Part shown: positions 56,811 through 64,000 of the stretch, piece after piece
Numbering within the stretch: position 1 is the stretch's first letter
Layout of the letters: every line of letters starts with the position of its first letter
Source: Octopus sinensis
Taxonomy: Eukaryota
DNA length: 64,000 nucleotides
Assembly (NCBI RefSeq): GCF_006345805.1
Contig: NC_043001.1
Coordinates: 104,408,001 to 104,472,000 of the forward strand
Reading direction: 5' to 3'
Made by a program: the position numbers and the translations under genes
The notes under the pieces: model-generated
What the model was told of the DNA's origin: nothing
The model's database searches: none
Seen by the model: only the letters and a program-made list of their open reading frames with translations

Positions 56811-59800
56811 AACTACTACTGCTGCTGCTGCTGCTTCTACTACTATCACTCCACCCCACCACCACCACCATTACTACCACTACAGGTACTGCCACTACCA
56901 CTATATTCACCACAGGACTACTGCAAGTGTCACCTGTAGTTAGATTGCTGCCCAATCTCAGACAGCATTAAGAGATTATCAGCTAACTTAATCCCAACAC
57001 TGACATGAATTGAGTTAGAGGAAGGGCAAATGCTGAATAAATAAAAAAAAAAAATAACCACCCGCAGTGGATTTAATTCTATGACCTACAAGCATATAAT
57101 CCACTATTTTATTCCCACAACTGTTGCATTTCTACAGGTGTATCTACTTTGGCAGTTTATAATTATGCAATACTAGATTTATTAACAAATCAGTTATTTT
57201 TACAGTTCTATATTTAGGAGATGAGGAATTATGTACATTATTTACAATTGACGAATATTTGTCTTTATCTTGTTTGTTGTTAACATTTCGGCTGATATAC
57301 CCCCAGTCTTCATCAGATGCCTTGGGGAATTTTGAACCTAGGTTCTCATTCCTAAGGTCTTTTTCGATATTATTATCATTATTATTATTCAGATCAGTGT
57401 CTGGAATCGAACTCGAAATCTTGGGGTTAGTAGCCTGCACTCTTAACCACTATGCCACATGCCAGGGGGGCAATTATACAGTGAATTTTTTAGGGCTTAT
57501 AAATCTAATATTCTCCTATCCTTCCTTAATACTGGTTCCATTTGCTGTTCATATCTGCACTCAGTCTGCTTAGAAGGCTGTTGTGTCCTAGCATATGTGC
57601 TGCTTCTTTAAGTTTTCTTATTTTCTTATTTTCTCGCTCTATTATTTTAACTTCATCCCACAGGGGGAGGTGGTCTCCATTTTCCCATACATGATCAGCT
57701 ATACCCAATTTATCTATATCTCCCTGTGTCACAGCTTTGTGATGTTCCCCTACCCTTATTTTGAGATGGCAGCATGTTTTGCCTTTGTAAACCTACCACA
57801 GTTGCATGTGATGGAGTACATGCAGTTCTTGGTCATATTCTCTTCTATTTGCGAAGTGTTGAATTACTTTTGAATACTGTCCTGATGTCATATGGGCCGC
57901 ATATCTTTTGTCACTTTTTGGAGAGGCCTTTCACATAGGGTAGACAGACTGGATAGTTTATCGGTTTCATCCTCTCTTTTCTTCATAATTGGAATGGAGA
58001 GTATGCTTTTGGGGTAGTTTTTGCTTAATAGATTGTTACTGAGCTTGATCATTCCTTCGTGGTAGGTATTCATTGATATTTGAAGTCTGAATGTAGACAA
58101 CCAAGACAAATACCACAAAGCCTTCCACCCAATGCTCTAATCACTCTGCCCATATAATGCACTCTGAAAAAATCATATCAACTAACCTCACAGCCTTTGA
58201 AGTATTTCTCTGCTAGTTTTCTGCAAAAGAAACAAACATATTTTCATCACATCATCACAATCATCATCATTATTTCTACACCAGCTCACTAAAAGAACCA
58301 TTACATGTTTATGTTTGTAAATTTTATTATTTCAATCTAAATCTACAATACATTTGAACAGATTCAATTTCTGATTATCACCAGGTATCATATTTGTGGA
58401 TGCCTGTAGTGTATCAAATTGGAATGTATTTTAATTATAAGTCTTTTTAGGAGCTTCATCCATTATTAATCTTTAGAGAATGCTGAAGGTTTTTGCAGTT
58501 TTTACCTAAATGTATTTGAATGAGTTTTTATGGGCCTTTCTTACAATCCTTGCTCTTCCCAATACAGCAGATTTCAGAATTGACGCAATTCTTGTAGTTA
58601 CACAAAACTCAATAAGAGAGCCTTTAAGTCTGTTGGTGATGACTGAGATTATTCATTCTTGTTAGTTAATAATTTTATTTTTCCTTAATTCTGTCCCACC
58701 TTGCTCCTCCTTGCCTGGCTGACTGATGTAGCCAACTACCTCCTCTATAGTAAGACAACTATCTCTGTCTCTCCGTCATACACTAAACTCTTGCCAGGCT
58801 CACAGCCATATCCCTCGATTCCGCTCCTTCACTCAACTAAGAGCCCTTCATCTTGCAAGTCACTTGGCAACTCCACTGGTCCTGTTGCCACATGAGATCA
58901 CATGTGGCAATGCCATGTAGGAAGTTCCCATGCTACTGCCATATAAAATACGCTGAGTACACTCTGTAAAGTAGTTGGTGTTAGGAAGGGCTTCCAGCAG
59001 CAGAGACCATGCCAAAACATACAAATGGAACCTGCTGTGGCCCTCCAGCTTGCCAATTCCTGTCAAACTCTCTCTAATCCATGCCATTAAATGATGATGG
59101 TGATACATAATGATGACGATGATGAGATGATAATGATGTTGATTACCATAACACAAACACTTTAAAAAAATTTTTAAAAGTTTTTACTTATAGATAAAAA
59201 ATGTTTTATTTTTTATAATTGAATCAGGGCAAAATGAAGACAGACCAGGTTGGGATGACAATCATGTTAACAGACAGATCTTGCAGATTTAAACAGGACT
59301 ATTATATGTAATGGTATACATCTTTAAATGACTTTGTAGCACAGAAGATTTTAAAGACATAATTTCTTATACATTATTTGTTATTTGTATTAAAATTTCA
59401 GATTTGTTTTCTATTTCAGCTTCATAAAAATGAGACATAGGTTGGATTGTTTGCCCAGAACTGGCAAGGTGGGGAGCTGCAACAAGCTCCAGTCCCCTGC
59501 TTTGGCAAGGTTTCTACAGCTGAATGCACTTCCAACCACTTTACAGAGTGCACTGGGTGCTTTTGAAGTGGCACCAGCAGAGATACATCTTACATGGCAC
59601 CAGGAAAGGGGAATTTTAATTTTAATCAGAGTTTAAAATATTTATTGTTCAATTCATTTCAATGTGAACTGGGGAAAGAAATGATCTTGAACTGAAAATT
59701 ACCCCCTTATTCTGTTTTTTCCCTGTCTCTGTTCTGTGAGTGTATGGAATAGGTTTGAGCCTTTTGTCTTGCAGTTAAATACATACAAACAAAAATAGTG

Positions 59801-61301
59801 TATTAAAAGTTGCATAACCAGGACTACATCACAGTCTTCTCATGATTCAAAGTCAAAATCAAAATTAAGCAGAATGTAATATAATCACTTACTTGGCTTC
59901 GACAAGTCCAAAACCTTCACTGACTACCCTTCTAAAATCTTCATATTCCTAGAAAAGGTAACAAAAAAAGCATTTGTAGTAACTAAAAACAATGATTTGA
60001 CATTAATAATTCTATTTTGGACTGGTTTCGACTCTTCAATGAAACAAAACATTACCTTATTCACAGAAACACTTTAAAAAAAGCAAATCCTTTTGTCTAT
60101 AAATGTTAACCTCCAGTAAAGAGCTGAAATCATTGACTGATGGGGGATATTACCTAAATTGAGAAGTGATACACTAAAGGGATGTGACATAATACTACAA
60201 GGCATTTCATCTTGCACTGTCAACTGATTTTGATATTCCTTTCTTAAAAAAAGATTCTATGCTGTTACTAAAAGATAGCAGCAAATATCTCCCTTAAATC
60301 TTGCAAAAAACTAAAAGATGTGGCTGTGTGGTAAGTCTATTAGTTATTTATTATATGTTGTCTTCTGAGACATGAAAAGATGAAAAAGCTATGTTGACCT
60401 AAGCATGATTTTGAACTCATAAATTCAAGAAAGGTGTTATGCTGTTGTGTGATTGCTTCATCGACTATCATCTTTAAAATGTACATAAGTTTTGCAAAAG
60501 GGGTGGGTTAGTTTCCTTTTTCATTTGGTAGAGCTGTTTGTTGTTTGACCTCAACATCTGAAGGAATAAACAAATGGATGGAGAGGAAACTGTTGATTTG
60601 GTCCAAATGCATGAAGGTGAGAGAATTCATGCTAAAGGCACCCAAGAAGCAGATGGGGGTGTTAAACTGGGTGGCATGTAAAGCCTGTAGCCAGTTTCCT
60701 GATAAAGCAAAGAGGAGTTTGATGAAAACCAAACAGCTATCCATCTTAAGTCCATCTTGTGTCCATATGAATGAAAATAATGAGCTGTAGATTGGAAAGG
60801 AAATCACCATCATCATAGTTTTACCATCCACATTTTATAGCTTTCATAGATCTAGCAGAATTCATTCACATAGATATTTTTTCATTGTAAGGATTTAACA
60901 TGTTTGTTTGGTCTTTAGACTCCCATGGAAAGACAATTGGAGCTAAACAAAAATAAGTGTAATAGTAAAAACAACAGCCAAAAAAATAACAATCAATGCT
61001 GCTGCTGAAGCTACTGGTGGTGCGAGTGCCACTGCTGCTGCTACACCCCACCCCACCAATTTTTTTAAAAAAAAGAGGACCCTAGTAATTCACCTTCAAA
61101 AACAAAACAATGATAAATCTTAACATGACTGTTAAGGGCTCTGGCTTGAGATAAAACAGATGAGAGATACCAAGCCTGTGGTTAAGGTGCTTGTCTGTTT
61201 CAACTCACAGAGCTACACAAACTCAATATGCTGCCTTGTACAAAATAAATAAATATTAAGAACTTACATTGCTATCTCCACAATATTTTTCTGCTAGATT
61301 T
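1460..61301 (-). CDS. Partial multi-exon gene (18 micro-exons, start/stop not seen) encoding a tandem ~30-33 aa helical-repeat protein of unknown family
   Basis: Exons in transcription order: 61268-61301, 59893-59948, 58187-58220, 54680-54738, 43624-43657, 41935-41999, 40839-40872, 37933-37991, 32304-32337, 30658-30722, 28291-28324, 24414-24475, 21944-21977, 20970-21034, 20206-20239, 15456-15517, 4035-4068, 1460-1524. All have YAG acceptors and GT(A/T/G)(A)(G/A)T donors. Intron phases alternate 0/2. The 864 nt join without a stop: [287 protein letters not shown]. Confidence 0.88.
2085..2470 (-). mobile_element. Old RTE-clade LINE 3' fragment
   Basis: Minus-strand translation gives [11 protein letters not shown]..., WYRHVLHLP and [15 protein letters not shown], typical of the RTE ORF C-terminus. 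Confidence 0.7.
4035..4068 (-). CDS. Short exon S9 (34 nt): (D)[11 protein letters not shown]
   Basis: ttttgcag acceptor, AAG|gttagt donor. Confidence 0.85.
4716..5354 (-). mobile_element. Inverted 3' end of a CR1-group LINE (reverse complement of ~6815-7447)
   Basis: ORF 4889-5191 nearly identical to the C-terminus of 5439-7283; (TCAAAA)n-type tail at 4716-4740. Confidence 0.9.
5389..7447 (+). mobile_element. 5'-truncated CR1-group (CR1/L2/Crack-like) non-LTR retrotransposon; RT ORF 5439-7283
   Basis: Motifs [68 protein letters not shown]; short tandem 3' tail. Confidence 0.93.
7449..8169. repeat. Compound (TA)n/(TACA)n microsatellite blocks
   Basis: Directly visible at 7449-7697 and 7757-8169. 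Confidence 0.95.
8170..8895 (-). mobile_element. RTE-related 3'-end (SINE-like) element with a (GAT)n tail and an internal ~67-bp minisatellite
   Basis: catcatcatcgtttaacgtccg...ctggatgcccttcctaatgccaaccact matches the 3' UTR of the RTE at 9657. The unit gtgctttttatgtgccaccggcacagaagccagtc recurs at ~8398, 8465, 8532, 8599, 8673, 8740. Confidence 0.8.
8998..9350. mobile_element. Foldback/MITE-like element with ~140-bp terminal inverted repeats
   Basis: aataaaaggaattcca...gtactttca (9001-9137) is the near-perfect reverse complement of tgaaagtattag...ggaattccttttatt (9205-9346); flanked by (TA)n. Confidence 0.8.
9370..9656. repeat. (TA)n-rich microsatellite
   Basis: Directly visible. Confidence 0.95.
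9657..13570 (-). mobile_element. Young RTE-clade LINE; intact APE-endonuclease + RT + PHD-like finger frame (10473-13562, 1029 aa excluding the microsatellite-derived N-terminus)
   Basis: Motifs [84 protein letters not shown]; (GAT)n tail at 9657-9672; both ends abut TA microsatellites. Confidence 0.95.
9941..10400. repeat. ~158-bp tandem repeat (3 copies) in the RTE 3' UTR
   Basis: gagtcggatagtgct..tacgtaccacca...ggatcctggctggttcaattcg recurs at ~9941, 10099, 10258. Confidence 0.85.
14290..15065 (+). mobile_element. Cluster of old RTE 3'-end/SINE-like fragments
   Basis: [16 protein letters not shown]-like remnant at ~14540-14600 and two (GAT)n tails (~14500, ~15050). Confidence 0.7.
15456..15517 (-). 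CDS. Long exon B8 (62 nt): [20 protein letters not shown]
   Basis: atatttgcag acceptor, gtaagt donor. Confidence 0.83.
15570..18588 (+). mobile_element. Near-full ORF2 CR1-group LINE (endonuclease + RT), inactivated by stops at ~17289, ~18024, ~18300
   Basis: Motifs [42 protein letters not shown]; (AATC)n tail; the empty site is seen in the paralogous intron at ~24520-24540. Confidence 0.93.
20206..20239 (-). CDS. Short exon S8 (34 nt): (R)[11 protein letters not shown]
   Basis: gttttgcag acceptor, gttagt donor. Confidence 0.85.
20970..21034 (-). CDS. Long exon B7 (65 nt): [21 protein letters not shown]
   Basis: ccttttttag acceptor, CAG|gtaagt donor. Confidence 0.85.
21944..21977 (-). CDS. 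Short exon S7 (34 nt): (K)[11 protein letters not shown]
   Basis: gtttacag acceptor, CAG|gttagt donor. Confidence 0.85.
23965..24325 (+). mobile_element. tRNA-head SINE of octopus type; related copies at ~31090-31400 (+), ~52485-52800 (+), ~32680-32960 (-), ~45480-45850 (-), ~19260-19400
   Basis: tgtgtggtaa...ggttcattcc box A/B-like head, conserved gcaccttgggcaagtgtcttctactatagcc core, internal (TG)n, ataagtactaggc 3' part. Confidence 0.75.
24414..24475 (-). CDS. Long exon B6 (62 nt): [20 protein letters not shown]
   Basis: atatttatag acceptor, gtaaat donor. Confidence 0.83.
25490..25980 (-). mobile_element. Old RTE LINE 3' fragment
   Basis: Diverged homolog of 9657-10930 ([13 protein letters not shown]) with a (GAT)n tail. 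Confidence 0.75.
28291..28324 (-). CDS. Short exon S6 (34 nt): (M)[11 protein letters not shown]
   Basis: ttttgcag acceptor, GAG|gttagt donor. Confidence 0.85.
29236..30501 (-). mobile_element. Full-length (1266 bp) but inactivated mariner transposon
   Basis: TIRs ttgggttggcaactcagttactgcc / ggcaggaacttagttgccaacccaa with TA on both sides; motifs [40 protein letters not shown]; frameshifted. Confidence 0.93.
30658..30722 (-). CDS. Long exon B5 (65 nt): [21 protein letters not shown]
   Basis: cttttctag acceptor, gtaagt donor. Confidence 0.85.
32304..32337 (-). CDS. Short exon S5 (34 nt): (I)[11 protein letters not shown]
   Basis: ttttgcag acceptor, gtgagt donor. Confidence 0.85.
33300..33960 (+). 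mobile_element. Old RTE endonuclease-region fragment; paralog at ~45860-46610
   Basis: [33 protein letters not shown] matches the RTE EN segment [19 protein letters not shown]...QIDYILARK. Confidence 0.8.
34100..36900 (-). mobile_element. Penelope-like retroelement remnant (RT thumb + GIY-YIG endonuclease)
   Basis: SIYQCKI...[18 protein letters not shown]...STGLSKLVW...CGVCNSE...CMH at 34808-35287; [19 protein letters not shown] at ~36200-36270; Asn-rich linker; outer boundaries approximate. Confidence 0.85.
34138..34230 (-). ncRNA. Type I hammerhead ribozyme motif of the Penelope-like element
   Basis: Minus strand: ucuuuc CUGAUGA gaag[...]cuuc GAAA c auau g UC gagaa. Core intact, stem II GAAG/CUUC, minimal palindromic stem III, GUC cleavage triplet at 34150-34148. 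Confidence 0.75.
37010..37400 (+). mobile_element. RTE-related 3'-end/SINE-like element
   Basis: ggttggcgttaggaagggcatccagctgtagaaac...catgctagcatggaaagcggac..(GAT)n. Confidence 0.75.
37933..37991 (-). CDS. Long exon B4 (59 nt): [19 protein letters not shown]
   Basis: atatttgcag acceptor, gtaaat donor. Confidence 0.8.
38685..39925 (+). mobile_element. Degenerate Ty3/gypsy LTR-retrotransposon integrase fragment
   Basis: [21 protein letters not shown] (HHCC region), PWSRV...YYLIIV...[23 protein letters not shown] across frameshifts. Confidence 0.8.
40839..40872 (-). CDS. Short exon S4 (34 nt): (R)[11 protein letters not shown]
   Basis: ttttgcag acceptor, GAG|gttagt donor. Confidence 0.85.
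41935..41999 (-). CDS. Long exon B3 (65 nt): [21 protein letters not shown]
   Basis: ccttttttag acceptor, CAG|gtaagt donor. Confidence 0.85.
43624..43657 (-). CDS. Short exon S3 (34 nt): (E)[11 protein letters not shown]
   Basis: ttttgcag acceptor, gttagt donor. Confidence 0.85.
47795..50394 (+). mobile_element. 5'-truncated RTE LINE, near-identical to 9657-13570; premature TAA at 48614-48616
   Basis: ORFs 47708-48616 and 48791-49687 match the 1066-aa ORF; (GAT)n tail; flanked by TA microsatellites. Confidence 0.95.
50505..52362 (-). mobile_element. Older RTE LINE copy, tail-to-tail with the previous one, interrupted by a ~195-bp insertion (51829-52024)
   Basis: [39 protein letters not shown]; several stops. 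Confidence 0.88.
52936..54600 (+). mobile_element. Probable non-autonomous Helitron-like element
   Basis: A|TCTATTATAT 5' end; subterminal hairpin-like cacgggcaacgccggg followed by a degenerate CTRR (ccaa) then T; internal duplicated block (~53090-53270 / 53350-53500). Confidence 0.55.
54680..54738 (-). CDS. Long exon B2 (59 nt): [19 protein letters not shown]
   Basis: atatttatag acceptor, gtaaat donor. Confidence 0.8.
56775..56925. repeat. (ACT)n/(GCT)n/(ACC)n trinucleotide microsatellite
   Basis: Directly visible. Confidence 0.9.
57245..58075 (-). mobile_element. Second Penelope-like element 3' fragment (GIY-YIG) with a degenerate hammerhead motif at ~57280-57320
   Basis: YSITCNCG..., [36 protein letters not shown]; CUGAUGAagacug...cagccGAAA. 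Confidence 0.8.
58187..58220 (-). CDS. Short exon S2 (34 nt): (K)[11 protein letters not shown]
   Basis: ttttgcag acceptor, gttagt donor. Confidence 0.85.
59893..59948 (-). CDS. Long exon B1 (56 nt): [18 protein letters not shown]
   Basis: ccttttctag acceptor, gtaagt donor; phase 0 in, phase 2 out; 9 nt shorter than paralogs, frame kept. Confidence 0.85.
61268..61301 (-). CDS. Short exon S1 (34 nt): [12 protein letters not shown]
   Basis: ttttacag acceptor, gtaagt donor; phase 2 in, phase 0 out. Confidence 0.85.
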
Positions 61302-62739
61302 CTGTAAAAGAAATAAAGGAATACACTTCATCATGACTACCATCATTAACATCATGATCATGATCATCATTTTTATATCTCTAGACAAAGAAAAACATCA
61401 TAAAATTATAACTTTATGTACAACTTCATCTTCAGACATGAATTCTCTTTTAATATTGGAACCTACATATGGACTTCATTTCAATTACTTCAATTTCTGA
61501 ACCATATTACATGTTTTATTCCTGGCTTAATGCATGGTTCCATACCATTAATATTTTAGCAAATATTTACAAATATTGGTTTCAAATTTTGGCACAAGGC
61601 CGGCAATGACAACTAGTACTTATTTTATCAAACCTGAAACGAAGGAAGGCAAAGGTGACCTTGGTGAGATATGAACTCAGAATGTGAAGATGGACAAAAT
61701 GCCGCTAAGCACTTTGCCTGGCATAGTAACGATTCTACCAGCTCACCACCATAGCAAACACAGAAATATTGAACTGATGTCACTACTTGCCTTACTAATT
61801 GCATTATTGGTAAGACGTATATGTCCTGATACTTTGATTCTCATGAGTTTCCCACTTTGGAATTACGAAATCTTCATTCCATAGCATTATATTAATTCAT
61901 TTCTCACTCCATATGTATTAAAATGTTTATTCTATCATTAAGGCTTTTCAATATTCTTCCATCCCAACCTTTAGAACCTCACAGTGTTTCATGTACAAGG
62001 CCCTCCATAAATGCACGGCATGTTATAAATGCAGTTTTAATGTTCCAAATGAAACAATGCAGATGGAGAAGTATAAAAAAACATTTTCATCTCAAAAGAT
62101 GAAGTTAATAATCTGAAAAATTCATAATCACATCTGCAATAACCCATTTCAGGTATTTACAAGAGTGTAATAGGTGCTTTTGCAAGCCACCAGAACGGCT
62201 GCCATTTATGCAACACTGGAGTGCATTTATGTGCCAATTTGCATGATACCGGTGTTTGCCACGACTGTGATTTTTCTCGGATTGCTCAAACACAACATAA
62301 GGCCAAAGGTCTTGGACATACCTTTATCTGATCAGGATAAAATATTGTGATTGACTTGAGGTGCATGTAGGGCCAAGAACTAACCTCACAGAGTCTGAAG
62401 TCATAGAAGTGATTAAAGCACTCAAACGTTGCAAGACAGAAGAAATGGGTGAAATTTCACCTGAGATGTTAAGAAAATTAAAAAGAGAAGGTATTCTCAG
62501 GTTGATTTGTGTATAACAGGTGGCATGGACTTCTGAAAGGACACCAAAACAATGGCAATTTGGGGTGATGATCCCAATTTTTAAAAAAGGGAGAGAAAAT
62601 TGAAGGAAACAAATGTTTGGACTAGGAATTCCTTGCTTTGTATATGTATTATTCCTTGTTTCTGTTCTGGGTTGATATAAAAACTATGAAAGTTACATGA
62701 CTAGGAATTATTCAAATTGAAATAGTAGTAGTAGTAGTA

Positions 62740-63010
62740 GTAGTAGTAGTAATAGTAGGCATGGTGGTGCAGCATCTGTGTTGGCTGTACAGACCCACAT
62801 GGGAGTGGTAGTCACAGTGAAGATACCCAGCATATACATCTTGCTGCAGCAGCATCATTTGCTCTGGCTCGGTCATTTTCATTGCATGCCAGACGGAATG
62901 ATCCCAAAAGACTTGCTGCATGGGTAATTGGCTTCCGGCACAACAGCACAGGGACAAGCTCATCTTCATTTCAAAGATGTCTGTAAGAGAGATATGAAGT
63001 CACTTGATCT
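62740..63010 (+). mobile_element. Old RTE/BovB-type LINE 3' fragment
   Basis: IPSIYILLQQHHLLWLGH...MPDGMIPKDLLHG...FKDVCKRDMK. Confidence 0.75.
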
Positions 63011-63094
63011 GAAAGTGAAATACTGAATATAAATATATTCAGTTATTTCTCACTTAAATATTATCATAGGTTCTCTTATTATTTTCTATATTAA

Positions 63095-63720
63095 CATCAT
63101 CATCATTATCACTTAACATCTGTTGTCCAAGGTGGCAAGGGTTGGTTGCTTTGACCAGAGATGGTAAGGTGAGGGGCTGTACCAGGCTCCAGTCTGATTT
63201 GGTATCGTTTCTATGCTTGGATGCCCTTCCTAACACCAACCACTCCAAGAATGTAATGGGTACCTTTATGTGCCACCTGCATGAGTGCCAGTTGTATGAC
63301 ACTAATATCTGCCACAACTACAATGCCATTTGGCTTGATGGGTCTTCTTCTCAAGCACAGCATATTATCAAAAGTCTCAGTCATAGTTCATTGCCTCCAT
63401 GAGGCCTGATGCTCGCCATTATCATGATCATGATATTGACAATCATCATCATCATTTAACATCTGCCTTCCATGCTGGTATGGGAGAGACAGTTTAACAA
63501 GGACTGGCCAGGCTGAAGCCTGCACCAGACTTCTGTGTCTGTGTTGGCAAGGTTTTATAGCTGGATGCCCTTCTGAAGTTCACCCTAACAGAGTGATTTT
63601 TACATGATATAAGCTTAGGTGAGGTCAATTTTGCAAGAGTTTTACAGCTGGATCCCCTTCCAAATGCCAACCACTTTACAGTGTGAACTGGGTGCTTTTT
63701 AAGTGGCACCTGCCCTGACA
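63095..63720 (-). mobile_element. Cluster of RTE 3'-end/SINE-like copies
   Basis: catcatc tails followed by ggatgcccttcc..aaccact motifs at ~63100 and ~63445. Confidence 0.7.
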
Positions 63721-64000
63721 AGGTCACCAAGTAAGTTGCAATACAAAACAATCTTTTGAGAAGGAAGGAAGCATTGGAGGAGATGATCTTGTGTCAGATG
63801 ATGAAAGGTTATAGTAAACCAGAGGAGGGACAAGGTTAGCCAGCAGGAGGATGGAGGGGGCTGGAAATTAGGAATGAAGACAGAAACAGGAGTGCTACTG
63901 TAAAGGAGATACATGGTTACTGAACCTGAGGGGGCATTGCAGGAGGTGATCTTGTGTCAGATGATGAAAGGTTATAGTGAGACAGAAATAGTTGTCTTAC

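Larger units (their letters stand above)
15280..62700. repeat. Tandem segmental duplication of a 4-exon (S-B-S-B) genomic unit, ~4.5 copies counting the diverged copy at ~1260-4260
   Basis: Near-identical intron blocks recur: ~18590-19250 / 24530-25180 / 38040-38680 / 54790-55710; ~20600-21380 / 41560-42320 / 59640-60300; ~27960-28470 / 40510-41020; ~26100-27070 / 56070-56710; ~43690-44500 / 61330-62150; ~23510-23750 / 62450-62700. Confidence 0.92.

Noticed and set aside
1460-61301. Calling the 33-aa repeat ankyrin, TPR or PPR on length alone
   Set aside because: It lacks the ankyrin TPLH/G motifs and the TPR/PPR consensus, and unit length varies from 30 to 33 aa.

Overview
AT-rich, microsatellite- and transposon-dense eukaryotic (animal) genomic DNA. 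The SINE and RTE-LINE sequences look to me like those of octopus/cephalopods (recognition, not a database result). The ORF track is dominated by transposon ORFs and microsatellite artefacts. It completely misses the main feature: an intron-rich protein-coding gene on the minus strand spanning the whole window as 18 micro-exons. These are 9 exons of exactly 34 nt strictly alternating with 9 exons of 56-65 nt, all with GT-AG sites. They splice into one stop-free 287-codon frame encoding nine ~30-33 aa amphipathic-helical repeats. The array arose by tandem duplication of a 4-exon genomic unit. Paralogous intron flanks are ~95-97% identical, whereas the two exon pairs I compared codon by codon are ~65% identical with no purely synonymous codon differences, a diversifying-selection signature. 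The introns carry CR1-group LINEs (one rearranged into an inverted repeat), RTE LINEs (one with an intact 1029-codon EN-RT-PHD-like frame), two mariners, two Penelope-like elements with hammerhead ribozyme motifs, a gypsy integrase relic, a Helitron-like element, a foldback element and SINEs. The start and stop of the gene are not visible in the window.
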